Under the pieces are notes generated by a model. That model had not been told where the DNA came from, did not search any database, and was given only the letters and a program-made list of their open reading frames with translations. The position numbers and the translations under genes were made by a program. This document shows positions 13,432 through 26,268 of a stretch of DNA of 42,795 nucleotides, piece by piece. Within the stretch, counting starts at the first letter, position 1, and the number at the start of each line of letters is the position of its first letter. The DNA comes from Paraspadella gotoi (Eukaryota > Animalia > Chaetognatha). Location of the stretch: NCBI GenBank assembly GCA_051294375.1, contig CM119270.1, positions 13,108,620 through 13,151,414 of the forward strand. Reading direction: 5' to 3'.

Positions 13432-14855
13432 TACCGAGGCAGGGGTGGATGACGTCAACGTGGTCTCGTGATTCACGTGAACCTTTTCCGTCTCGCTATC
13501 TCTTCCCCTTCCCCCACCCTTCCCTGCCTCCTCCCCGCACTACGCCACGGACCAATCGCCTTCGGCAGGCAGAATCTCTCGCTGGATCAACGCTGACTCC
13601 TTTTCTCCGACTAATCGAAGGTGGCAGATTACTTCTCGAACCAATCAGCGAAGAAACAGACAATTCTCGCGCCGGCTCGAACTCGCTCCCTTTCGCAGCC
13701 TCCTCCGATATGAAAGTCGTCCGGCCGGGCGTCCGCGCGGAGGATTTTCGACGCTGCTCGTCGCCAAAACGCGCGTGACCGCGTTTTCGCCCGTCCTCGA
13801 CCGAGGTTAGAGTAGTTACATCCGGAAAGTCCGCCGCGGGAGGCGTATTCGGGATCCGCGATGAAGCAACGGACCAGACCCGCGACTTCTTTCGGACAGG
13901 GAGAATCCGTGGTCGGGCCGTGGCGGGCTGTGAGAGCGTGGGAGTCAGGAGAGAGAGAGAACGAAGCGACGGAGAGAGAGAGAGAGAGAGAGAGATGAGA
14001 GAAGACTGCGAGACGAGATGGAGAGAGAGAGAGAGAGAGATAGACCTCCATATCTCATCCTTCAGCCCCAACAACGCATGTCCGTTCGATGTCGACGGAG
14101 CTTTTCGACCTTTCGAACGACCGAATTGCGTAAAATTGTGTTGATTCTATTTCATTGTTTTTTCCTTCTTTTCTTTCTTTTCTTCTGTTCGACCCTTTCA
14201 ACCTGCAACGAAGTTGTTGAAAACAAGCAGCAACGCATTTATCGCGAGTTGAAGGAAGGAAGATAAACCGGAAAATACGGCCGGACTCGGATGTAAAGGC
14301 ACGAGATCTCCGAATTCGTTAAAACTTCGCTGACGGGAAATTTTCAATGTCAACGATACGAAACGTGGAATTTAACAACACAAACAAACAAAATTCGTGA
14401 TCGTGAACATTTCTGAGTCGCGAAATCCCGCAGGAAGACGGACGGAGAATGGCGACCGTTTCAGCTCGGTTACCTTTGCATCGCGGAGGATGGACCCACT
14501 TCTTTTCGTCACATGTGCCGACACACGTCGTCTTGGATCCTCTAGTCGTCACTCTCTCTCTCTCTGTCCGAGCGTCAGTCTTTCACCGAATCTCGCTTCG
14601 GCAATTTCTTTAATTGTTTCTCGGCTACGATGAGTCAACAACCAAATAAATCACTGAATTTGAGCCGTGTAAAATGGCCTATTTTCTCTTTATTCTCTCG
14701 TCCTTTACGAAATCTTTGCTGAAATCTCTTGATCGTCGAAGAAATATTTAAACCGTTCGCTGAATGGCCTTGACCAAACCTTCTCCTCAATCCCACATTA
14801 CTTACAATTCTACATTTCTTAGCTATTCTGATGCTCATTCCGTTTCAAATCTTCA

Positions 14856-15140
14856 TTATTCTTTCTCTGCCTCATTCTGTGCTCTGACCTTTCTTGCTGC
14901 ATGTTTTTTTATTTTTTCTTCAAGCGCTTTGGCAATGTGACGCGATTTTGCTTTTAATTCTGTCGTCATTCTCGCATTTCCTGTCGTCCACTCGTCAGTG
15001 ACGTTGGATTCAATGAAAAGAAGAGTAACCACATGAATCCGTGAACGAAGAATTGCACTGTCTCACCAATACACGACTGGCAGTGAACGAAAATTGCCTC
15101 ACCACTCACCGGTCGTTCGTACGTTTCGTCAAGACGAAAC
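14856..15140 (-). pseudogene. Possible degenerate C-terminal fragment of a long-chain acyl-CoA synthetase (ACSL-like)
   Basis: After acceptor ccttccAG|, one frame reads FRLDETYERPVSGEAIF...TVQFFVHG (compare ACSL FKLxQGEYxxPEKIENIY...VAQxFVHG). A second frame reads DEWTTGNARMTTELKAKSRHIAKALEEKIK...KE* (compare WT/FSxENGLLTPTLKxKR). Similarity judged by eye only. Confidence 0.35.
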
Positions 15141-16350
15141 CTGGAAGGATTCGGTTCCATGATTCATGTCAACCTCCTCGACATTCGGGAATCATTCATT
15201 CTCGCTCCCCCCCCCGCGCCCCCTGTATCCTGCGCCACTCTCTTTCCTACAACCGTCATTTGGCTCTCCTCACGAAATGTGGCCCCCTTGATTGGGGGGG
15301 GGGTCTCCCATTCTGTTATTACCATGTATCGTCAATTTAACGACCAGGCAACTCTGTGACTTAGCTTCCATCCAGTAAATGTACATTCCCTTTATTCCCA
15401 ATCAATGTATTTTTATAACAACCAGCTTTCCCGTTTCCCCCGTTTTTTTAAAATCTTTTTACGGTTTACAAATTTAAAGCATTGATATTCAGAGCTTTCA
15501 GATTTTAATTGTAACTTATCAGTCTTTACACAACATTTACGCTAAAAGACATATTTTAGACGCGATGCGCTACTGGTGTCTCTACAAGATAGATATGTCT
15601 GACGCGAACTAAGATTATCTCGAGACAACATGATGGTACTCTCTGCTCAGCCTCTTCGCGAAGACTATGTTTTTTTTTTAAGCGCGGAGCCGACATATTA
15701 ACCAGATGAGACGAAGAGTCTTGGAACAATAGCGCAACAAAAAAAACAAAACGAATCCGAAGACACCGGTAGCGTCGATCATAAACACTAAACACTAAAC
15801 AGTCATACCTAGTTTAATAAATAACTGTCAACATTAGTTTAAACTTAAGACGAAAATGGGAATTTAAAAACGAAATCGGCGGATTCTCGTTTAGACTTCT
15901 CCCCTTTCTTAGACCGAGCGACCAAAAAGGAAAGGGGCGGACTAAAAATAAGGCTGGGCGGACCATCATGTGGGGCAAGCAGGGATAAGGGGGAGGGTGG
16001 CAGAGGCAGGGGCAGGGGCAGGGGAAGAGCGAATTGCAAGGAAGTAATGGAGCAGAAAATTCAATTCCTTCAAGACTTGCGAAAGATGACTGACGGCGAC
16101 GACGACGATGAAGATAGACTGGGAAAGAGAGTTGTCGCCGGCAATAAACCATGGGTTCAACCAGGGAGGAGAGGACGACGACGGAGACGACGGAACGACG
16201 CGACGACGATAAATTGATAATTTGATCACACATGATTACTAAAGAAACGAATTAAAGACAATAAATCTACGAAATTACCAAAATTAATGATTGTTATATT
16301 GTTGTACTAATTCCATAGATTAAATTACGAGTTCTATTTACTTCGTTTCT

Positions 16351-16415
16351 TTAAGGGGACCCAGGTGTTCGGGGGGGGTTAAAAAGCCTGAAAGCATAAC
16401 GTTTGGTCCCTTTAA
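16351..16415. mobile_element. Possible tiny Kolobok-like element relic (TTAA-RR...YY-TTAA)
   Basis: TTAA-GGGGACC ... GGTCCCT-TTAA: an 11-bp inverted repeat with 1 mismatch, including TTAA on both sides. Confidence 0.25.
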
Positions 16416-17212
16416 ACTAACGCTGGTTCAGATTAAATGATTCTTTTCCTCTGTCTAACGGAAAATGGTTCAAAAAATTCGATTCTTTGCGTCAGCTCCG
16501 CTGATTCTTTTGGGTATTTTGAAAATTTCGGTATGCGGGAGCACAATCTTTCTTGTTTTTTTAGATTTTTCCTCAAGAAAGGACGGTTTAAAGACATTGT
16601 TTTAATTGTTCCTTTGTTTCTTAATCGTTAATTATTGTCGCTGGTGGCCAATAAAGCAACTTCTCACCATGAGTTAGAGAAGTGTATCCGAACTTTTTCT
16701 GGAGTCTTGTTCGCGTTAAGGGAATCATAATTCTTCAGGGGTGGTAGTGTAGAAATGGCTTCTCCGTGAGTTTTCTGAGGCCACTGTCAGGGTTTGATTT
16801 TATTGATTGATTTGGTATTACTTAGTTTGTTTCAAGGCTGCCCAAATAAGTCTAAGAGCCAAGAATCAAGACGATGAAAACGAAAACCATGGCAAAGACG
16901 ATGACGCAACAACGTCGAAGAAGACAACGAAAAAATCAACAACGAAAATGACGAAGAGAAGACGACGGAAGAAGACAGGGAAAACGACGACGAAAACAAA
17001 CGACGAAAGCGACAACGGAAACGACGAATGACAAAGGAAAGAAAAGGACGACGAAGACGACGACGAAACTGAAACGATGAAGACGACTACGAAAACGATG
17101 TCGAAGAACGACGATGAAAACTCTCGGACGATTGAAGACNNNNNNNNNNNNNNNNNNNNNNNNNGTTAACCCACCAGTCGATTAAAAGCTTGATGGTTGG
17201 CTACCGAGTCGG

Positions 17213-17282
17213 TCAAACGAACAGCAGCCATGTTCAAACGAACAGGGGCAGCCATGTTCAAACGAACAGGGGCAACCACGTT
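17213..17282 (+). repeat. 24-bp minisatellite, 3 units (TCAAACGAACAGGGGCAGCCATGT)
   Basis: Tandem units read directly; the first unit is 3 bp shorter. Confidence 0.9.
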
Positions 17283-17908
17283 CTAATAGATGAACAGATT
17301 TCCGCCCGAATCCAGGCCACAGATTTCGTATTATTCATTTGGCCGAGTAACGAGGGTCGGCATCGGCGTCGCTCTCGTCGTCGGCGTAGCTGTCAGCGTC
17401 ATCGCAATCGTCGGTATTGTTGTCAATTGGATTATCTCCTCGAAATCGAAATGAAGCATCTTCGCTCGGACGCGTTAATGGATCCCGTGGGATTCGTCTT
17501 CACATCGATTTGATCCTCGTCAGATTTAGATTTTAATTGAGCTTCTTTTTTAATTCGTGGCGAACCGATGAGGATGATTTTTGTTTGAGGACGTCAAATG
17601 CAATTGCGACGCCAGCAAGTGAAGAATTGTGAGAATTCCGTGAATGACAATAATGTCAATAAAATTCCATTCCCTTTTCACATTCATAATTTCATAACAA
17701 AGTAGTTCATATAAAAGGCATTGTTATTTTATTCCTGCGCGCATTTCCCTTCGATGTTATACTGAAATAAACTCACGTTCATTTCACCCTGATTTTATAA
17801 AATTCAGAATGAAATCATTGGGAACCTCGTTGGTATTGATCTTGCGGATAAGGGGCCAAAGTTGAAGACTAGTAATTATTTAGTCTCCAACAAGCCAAAA
17901 GTTGAAGG
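17235..17908 (+). repeat. Direct duplicate of 1-854
   Basis: Same sequence from caaacgaacaggggcagccatg to gccaaaagttgaagg. Confidence 0.95.
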
Positions 17909-19948
17909 CTTTGGAATAAGGTGGGGGAGTTTTCGGCGCCCCAAGGCCGTTTTCGGCTGTCCCAACGGACCCAAAGGTACCCGAGTACCTGGGATCGCTC
18001 TCAAAGAGCTGCCGTGTCACAACAGAAGGAAAAGATGTGTATAGGCGGGGTCGTTTTGTACATCGTGCAATGTACGCTACATTGTATGTGATATATATAA
18101 AGTTTTGTCTTATTTCTATGAAAATATAGAAATAATCTCGTAGCTTAGTTTTCCTTCTCGTTAACGTCTTAATTCTGTTTTTTTGTTATTTGTTGCTGAT
18201 GTATGCTACTGTATCATTATTGATATGAAATAAAATTCTCATATACGTAAAAATTTGTATAAAATCGCCCCATTCGCTGGAAATCTATATTTTTGCCAGA
18301 TTCGAGCGAAGATTCGAATGCGAATCTCGAATCTCGAAAACAACCGAATGCAATCGAAAGAAACTCACGGCCAAAAAAAAAAAAATGTTCGTGCTGCGAC
18401 CGTTGAACTTCACTCGGATCGAATTTGATTGAAAAACCGGGATTTAAAAGAACTATCATCATCGCAGTCGTCGTCATCATCATAATCATCATCATCGTCG
18501 TCATCTTCATTCGCCAAATGATTTACTGAACTCGATTATAAAGCTCGGAATTAATGGACGAACTCTTGTTTTTTTCTCGCTTCAACTTCGCGTCCTCCAT
18601 CAACTGCGTCTGTGCCACAGATTTTCTAATTTTAAATCTCTTCAATTTCCTTCCGATTAAAATTCTTCTTCATATTTTATCTGCTCGTTTCTCTTCGTTT
18701 CCTCTTCCCTATTTTTTTATTTCATTTCTTATCCTTTGTTCCATTTTCCTTTTTCGTACTTCCATTTTTTTCTCTACCTTCTCTTTGTTCCATCTTTCCT
18801 TTTAACTCAACCTCTTTTTCTTTGTTCTCTTTTAAATTTTTCCAACTTCCCACTTCCCACTTCCCTAATTTCACTTTCTGTTTTTCCTCTCTCACTTTCC
18901 TCTTTTCTTTTCCTCTTTCCTTCTGCTCCCAGTGTTTCTCTCAAAGCAATCAATCCATCCAGTTCTGTCTCTTTCTCTCCCTCTCCCTCCCATACCCCGC
19001 TCCCTTCCCTCTTTCTCTTCCTCCCATTCCCNNNNNNNNNNNNNNNNNNNNNNNNNNNNNNNNNNNNNNNNNNNNNNNNNNNNNNNNNNNNNNNNNNNNN
19101 NNNNNNNNNNNNNNNNNNNNNNNNNNNNNNNNNNNNNNNNNNNNNNNNNNNNNNNNNNNNNNNNNNNNNNNNNNNNNNNNNNNNNNNNNNNNNNNNNNNN
19201 NNNNNNNNNNNNNNNNNNNNNNNNNNNNNNNNNNNNNNNNNNNNNNNNNNNNNNNNNNNNNNNNNNNNNNNNNNNNNNNNNNNNNNNNNNNNNNNNNNNN
19301 NNNNNNNNNNNNNNNNNNNNNNNNNNNNNNNNNNNNNNNNNNNNNNNNNNNNNNNNNNNNNNNNNNNNNNNNNNNNNNNNNNNNNNNNNNNNNNNNNNNN
19401 NNNNNNNNNNNNNNNNNNNNNNNNNNNNNNNNNNNCTCTCGCCATTCCCGTCCCGGGTCTCCGAAATCCCAAACGACCTTTCCCGCCCTTTGACCTCATT
19501 CGGCCGGAGAAATCCGACCTTTTGATTGGCGGCCAACGATCGTACGCCCCGCCAATTAAAAGACTCCTCCCTCAAAGTGAAATGCGCGCCGAATATAATT
19601 GCGGAAGAAAAATAAATAGGATTTCTATGAAGAAAAAAAAAGTTATAGTTAAAAATACTCGTTGGTCAGAACTTCGACGCAGTAGCTTCGACATATTAGC
19701 TTTTTACATTAATATCATCGTCATCATCGTCGTCATCGTCATCGTCATCATCATCATCATCTTCTAATCCAACGAATCAATGGATTATTTTCAAGTCAGC
19801 ATCAAAAAATCTTCGCCGTCAAAAATCTCGCGGAAAAAAATCGCGAGAAGAAAAAAAAAGGATTAAAAAAAAATAAAATCTTACTACGTCATCAGATCTT
19901 GGGAAAAAATCATCTCTCTCTCTCTCTTTCTCTCTGCTCTCTTTCTCT

Positions 19949-20005
<57 letters not shown>

Positions 20006-20069
20006 TCCTTTCCCTCTCACTCCGTTTCTCTCCCTCTTTTTTCATGCTACCTCTCCCTCCTCTCATGTT

Positions 20070-20101
<32 letters not shown>

Positions 20102-20105
20102 TCTC

Positions 20106-20171
<66 letters not shown>

Positions 20172-21996
20172 TAAATATACGAATTTAGATATTATACTTT
20201 AAGCCCATATAGTTTTTTGACCGTTGGTTAAAACGATTTTTGCTTCCAAATGATCCTTGTATTCAAGCAAATTTCTGCCGACGAATATTTTTTATGAAAA
20301 TCGCTTGAATTTCTGGTCCAGAAATTTTTTTTCATTTGGTATTAGTTTTTTGTTTAGTTTTATTTTAATTTGTCTTTGTTGTCAACACGGGCCAACAGTT
20401 TCGTGCTGTCTTTTTGAAGCTTTTTTAATTTTTACATGTAAATGAGAAAAATCTAGATAAATTTTCAATTTTTGAAATAGACTGAGACCATGATGGTCAG
20501 AGCACATTTGAAACCTTTCGCATTGGCGGCATCGGCGGCATTGGCGGTATTAGAATCAAAACGCTATGAGTTATTTCATTAAAATTCTTATTTTCATTAT
20601 ATTAACTTTGATGGGTTTATATACTTCTCTCTCTATCCTTCACTTTTCTGTCCGATTTGAGTATTTCTCTCTGTCCAATACTTTTCTGTTCACGCTGTGT
20701 TTTTCTTCTTTGCTCTTCTTTTTTGTTCTGCCTGGGTTTGATTTCTGTTCTGTGATTTTCTGTTTGTGTCTTGTCTTTTTTTGTCTTTCTTCCTTGTCAA
20801 GATTCTTATCTCTTTCATTCGAACTCACCTTTTTTATCTCTTGTCACTTCTTTGTCTGGTTATATAGAATTTTCTTAGAGTTAAAATTGACCAAAACACC
20901 AAAACACCAAAACACCGTAAACACCGAAACACCGAAACACCATACACATTTAAAATTAAATTCTCATTAAAACAAAAACTGCAATGAAGGTACATCCTCG
21001 CTTATAAGTCAAATCTCGGCACGAGTTCATAAACGGTACAACGGTATATAATTAACTACGAATTAACTATGATATCGATTCCAAAGCTACAAAAATAATA
21101 AAAACAACAACAACAACGGATTCTGATTTTTGGGTCTCGGTTGCCGATTTGACTTCCGGGCGCCGAAACTTTTTCACGGACCAAAACAGAGAATCCAACG
21201 CGATTTCCCTTCCAGCTTTTGTTTCCTTGTTTTTTAATCAATATTGATACAGAAAATATTTTTTTTTGGCGCGGCTTCGGCAGCGTCACTGGCAAAAATT
21301 AGGGTCGAGGTTCCAGGACAGCAGCGGTAGCGATTCGCCCCTAATTAACGATTCACAATAGCCAACGTATAAAATGACAGAAAAGCGGCCGCCAGGAAAT
21401 GAAGTAGAGAAAGAAATAAAAGGAATTGAAACACAAAAAAGAAAATAAAATAAATGAGTTGATCGGGATTGAAAAAATTGCTGATGCTTGCGTCTTTACG
21501 GAGAGGAACGAAATTTTAAAGCCTTTCAACGGTTTTCGTGTTGAAGGAATAAAGGAAAAGAAGGAATGAAAAGGAAAATGAAAAGGAAAAAGAAAAGAAT
21601 GAAAAGGAATTAGTATAGGAGAAAAGGGAAAGGACGGATTTGATTATAATAAATATGATTGATTTCAGTTGACTCTTTTCCTTCGCTTTGATCGTTCGGT
21701 TTACAAATACGGCATTGACTGACATGGAAGTTAGGAACATTTTGCTAACAAGTCACTTTAAGACAATGTTCACTTTGCGATGCAAGGGGATAATCTGACG
21801 ATCGTCGACGACGATGACGACGACGACGACGACGACGACGGTGCGATGATCTTCCATGTGAAACGGAATCCGCGGGAAAAAAAAATTTCTCCGCGCGAAT
21901 CAACTTCGCTCCGAACAACGAAATTTTAAGTCACCATCGTTTTGGCAAACTCGCGTCTCTAATAGGTTTATGGTTTTAAATTATGTTTTAGAAGCA

Positions 21997-22086
<90 letters not shown>

Positions 22087-22099
22087 TAATAATAATAAT
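21997..22099. repeat. (AAT)n microsatellite
   Basis: About 100-bp near-perfect tract. Confidence 0.97.
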
Positions 22100-22531
22100 T
22101 TGATAATTAAATAATATATAATAACTTTTGAAAAAAAAATTAATAAATAGTCTATTGTGTATGATTTTGATGTTAATGTTTCCCAAGCTTTTATCTCAAA
22201 TTAATTTTTTATTATTAATTATTATAAATATAAAATTAAAAAAGTTATCGGACGGACCGACCAAAAAATGTCTTAATCCGTCGGGTCGCTAAATCGCGAC
22301 CGAGAAAAAAAAGAGGAAGGAGGAAAACAAAAGGAAAACGGGGACGAAATAAATCATAAGGAAACTTGTGAAAAAGATGCACAAACAATTTTTTCTTTCA
22401 AAGAGAAAAAAAAACCGTAAAAAAAACTCCAATAGATTTTTTTTTCTTCTGCCAATTTTTCATTCCCTGTCATTTGGTGAAAAAAAAATCGTTAATGGGC
22501 AAGGGTTGCTCCCTCCTTCTCTCTCTGCTCT

Positions 22532-22575
<44 letters not shown>

Positions 22576-22789
22576 AAAGCCGAAAATTCATGAACTTGAA
22601 TGAACGTTAAGTAATCGTTGCGCCGAGAAATTTCTTTTCTTTTTTTCTTTTCTTGTTCTTCGGTTCTGAGTCATGCGATTTGGGTGGATCAGACCGATGA
22701 CCCTCGGCAGAACTGCGACGAATCAAGTGCAGGATTTTTAATTTTCCAAATTCACGCGTAAAAATTTTTATTATATTTTATTTTTTCTT

Positions 22790-23074
22790 TTTCTTTCCTT
22801 CCTTCCTTCCTTCCATCTTTAATTCTTTCTTTCTTTCTTTCCATGTTTCTTTCCTTCCTTCCTTTCTTCCTTCCTTCCTTCTTTCTATCTTTCATTCTTT
22901 CTTTCTTTCCATGTTTCTTTCCTTCCTTTCTTCCTTCCTTCCTTCTCCCCTTTATTCCTTTCTTCCTTCATTCCTAGCTTCTTTCCTTCCTACCTCTCAT
23001 CTTTCATTCTTTCTTTCTTCCCATGTTTCCTTCCTTCCTTCCTTCCTTCCTTCCTTCCTTCCTTCCTTCCTTCC
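22790..23074. repeat. (TTCC)n/(TTTC)n degenerate tetranucleotide tract
   Basis: Polypyrimidine tract read directly. Confidence 0.9.
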
Positions 23075-23517
23075 ATTCTTTTTTTTCGTCATGCCTTCTC
23101 CCTGTTTCTTTTCTTTATTTACTTTCAGTCAATCTTATTTAACATTGGTGTCACTTTTCTTAAGAAATTTCCACCAAAATATAGCTTAATTAATTAATTA
23201 ATTAATTACTCAATTTAGTCCATTTGACCAGCGATACTATTTCTTCGTTCAACGGGATTAAAGAGCAGCATCGGAGAATAAAAGAAATAGAAAGAAAAAA
23301 AAGAAAAAAGAAAAAAAATCCAGCGCACGGAACCGGCGATCAGAAAACGAAAAGCAGACGACGTTTTTTTTCTCAACGGATACTCGTTGAAATCTTGACG
23401 TAAAAAACTAAACCAGAATCGAGGATTCCAACTGTTGCGTTTTTCTTTTTTTGGTCTTTCTCTCTCTTCTCGTCTTCTTCTCATCTTTTCATCTCTTTCT
23501 CTCATCTCTCTGCTCTC

Positions 23518-23558
<41 letters not shown>

Positions 23559-23803
23559 TTCAGACTTTTGTATATCTATTGTGTGACATTCCATTGTAGC
23601 GTTTCTCATCCTCCCTTTGTTTTAGCTTTATTTTTTCTTCCGCTTCCTCCAACCTTTCTGTTGTCGCTCTTCTCTCTCTCTTTTCTATCTCCTTCTCCCA
23701 CTTTCACTCTCTCTCCCTCTCTCTTTTTCCAGAATTCTCTCTTGTATTTCTTCCTCGTTTTCTGTGTTCCTTTGCCTTGTTAGATCGTTCGCCATTAATT
23801 GTT

Positions 23804-23863
<60 letters not shown>

Positions 23864-24067
23864 GTTTCGTTTTTCCCCCTAAAATGGCGTTCGGCTTCTG
23901 CAAGTAATCCTATTTTCCTTAAATTGCAAGCATAGAAAGAAGTGCCGATAAGTAGATCTTAAAAAACCTAAATCGTTAAATAAATTAATTTGACTAACTA
24001 CTATAAATTAGAGATTTAAAAAAAAATTTTGAATATTACCGTATAAGTTTTGCGACCAAGTTTTCAC

Positions 24068-24247
24068 TTTAATGGCAATCTCCTTAAATGGCGTTTCGAG
24101 GTCACGTGATGGCGGTGCCGCCCTTTAATGGCAATCCCTTTAAATGGCTTCTCGTTTCGAAGTCACGTGATGGCGGTGCCGCCCTTTAATGGCAATCCCC
24201 TTAAATGGCGTCTCGTTTCGAAGTCACGTGATGGCGTTTTCTTTAAT
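24068..24247 (+). repeat. Minisatellite, 3 units of 56-61 bp
   Basis: Units start at 24068, 24124 and 24185: TTTAATGGCAATCCCYTTAAATGGC...GTTTCGARGTCACGTGATGGCG. Confidence 0.93.
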
Positions 24248-24327
24248 CGGTCCCAGGATTTCCGGTCTGTGGCCGACGGGGGGACTTGCTACATCAACGA
24301 TTTAAACAAAGGGTCATCAATTGCCGA

Positions 24328-24437
<110 letters not shown>

Positions 24438-24667
24438 GGCTTTGTCTCTTCCTCTCTCTCTCAGTCTCTCTCTTTTTCTTCCCTCCACCAAGATGAAAAT
24501 CGATTTTGCCGAATTCGGTTATATAGATTTTTTAAGATTTTTTTTTCTTTCAATTAAGAGATAAAATATNNNNNNNNNNGGGAAAATATGGGAAAGAAAG
24601 AGAGATCTAGTATTTAGTATTGAATAAATAAATAAAAAAACTTGTTGAGTTTTCTATCGCAGAGGAA

Positions 24668-24721
<54 letters not shown>

Positions 24722-26156
24722 GGGTGTTGAAGACATTTAAATATCGAGGATCTGATGTCGCGATTCTTTCTGTCGTCGGCAGCAACGAAGATGGAATGAG
24801 TTGAAGTCAGCAGAATCTCCGATCATCCGGTTTTCCATCGATTCCACAATTTTCACGATTTCCTCTTCCGCTTCTCGTTTTTTTTTTCTTTCTCTTGACT
24901 TTATAATTTTGCTCCCAAATCTAAATCACATTTTAATATCGTTTTCCTATCAAATTTGACTTTTTTTTGCTCTTTAATTTACTGATAAATTGATTATTAA
25001 ATATTAATTGCCTCCGATTTTGATTTTGATATTGGGATAGGACTTTATTTTTTTTAAAAATAATATCTGTAATTTTTCTTGTTTTTCTTTTTCTTATGTT
25101 TTAATCTTTATTAAATTGGCATTTAATAAAGGTTACGTTTGCTGAATTCTAATCGTGTTCCCTTCATTTCACAGACGAACACGAAAACGCGTGTGACGTT
25201 TCTCAAAATTTCGAACGACGTCACAATTCGCACGCGCCATTTTCACCCAGTGACTTTTTGTGAAATTCGCATTCACGTGACTTAGGTGCAAATCGCTTCC
25301 ACGTGAATTTCACACTCACGACGACGGCGGCGATTAAGATTGCCACGTCGGACAGCAACGATCAAGACAAGACGTCGGAGACCAATTTTTAAAAAACAGA
25401 CAAACAAACAAACAAACAAACAACAGCAACCGCAATAAAATTGACAACCGAGTTTTGGATAAATCAAGAGTGAACAACGTTGAATCTTACTCTGATTAAA
25501 TTCGAATGACAACAGATTAATTCACTTCACAAATCTTGGATTTTTTTTCCCAAAATCAACGGGATTACGACGAACGCGAACTTTTCGCTCAACTGAAATT
25601 TGTCTTAAAACTTCACCTGTAAAAAACTGCAACGACGATTAAATAAAAAAAAGGATTTTTACTCTAGGAAAAAAAAAGAAAGAAAAAGGAAAACGCTCAG
25701 AAATTTAGTTATCGGAAACCTTGAAGGAAATTTAAAACATTTAAGCTCAACACAAAGGTAAGACACGAGAAAAAAGTAAATGTAAATAATAATATAAAAT
25801 AATAGATGTAAATAATTATGTTTTAAGGACAAAAAAAAAAGGAGTTTAGGAATTCAACCACATTCAAGATCTTTTGACTTTACGTGAATTTCCAAGCATA
25901 AAGTTTTCTTTGTGTCTAATGTTTTAAACGTTTGAGTGTCATATATATAATATTATAATATTATATATGCTCTTGAGACACTTTTCATGTCATTCATGGT
26001 ACATAAGGTTTAGAAAGCTTGTAAGTGAATAAAGAACGATTTCATTTTATATACTTGGTTAAAAAAGGGATTTTCATTCAATTTTCAGGAACGTGATTCA
26101 TCGCTGATCCAAAACTTCCGCTTTTTTGGCAACTTCCGCTTCCAGATTCAAGCAAC

Positions 26157-26268
26157 TTTCGCTTCTTGGCAACTATCAACCCTATGATTTCGCTTCCCGG
26201 CAACTGTCAATCCCAAAAATTTCGCTTCCCGGCAACTCTGATTCCGGCGGTTTCACTTCCCGGCAACA
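26157..26268 (+). repeat. 31-32-bp periodic array with an 18-bp conserved core TTTCGCTTCCCGGCAACT
   Basis: Cores at 26157, 26188, 26220 and 26251, with 13-14-bp variable linkers; partial copies from about 26113. Confidence 0.85.

Noticed and set aside
16860-17139. Acidic/basic coding segment
   Set aside because: Degenerate (GAC/GAA)n low-complexity tract next to a gap, with no splice or homology support.
26157-26268. CRISPR array
   Set aside because: Repeats (18 bp) and spacers (13-14 bp) are too short, the spacers partly resemble each other, there are no cas genes, and the context is eukaryotic.
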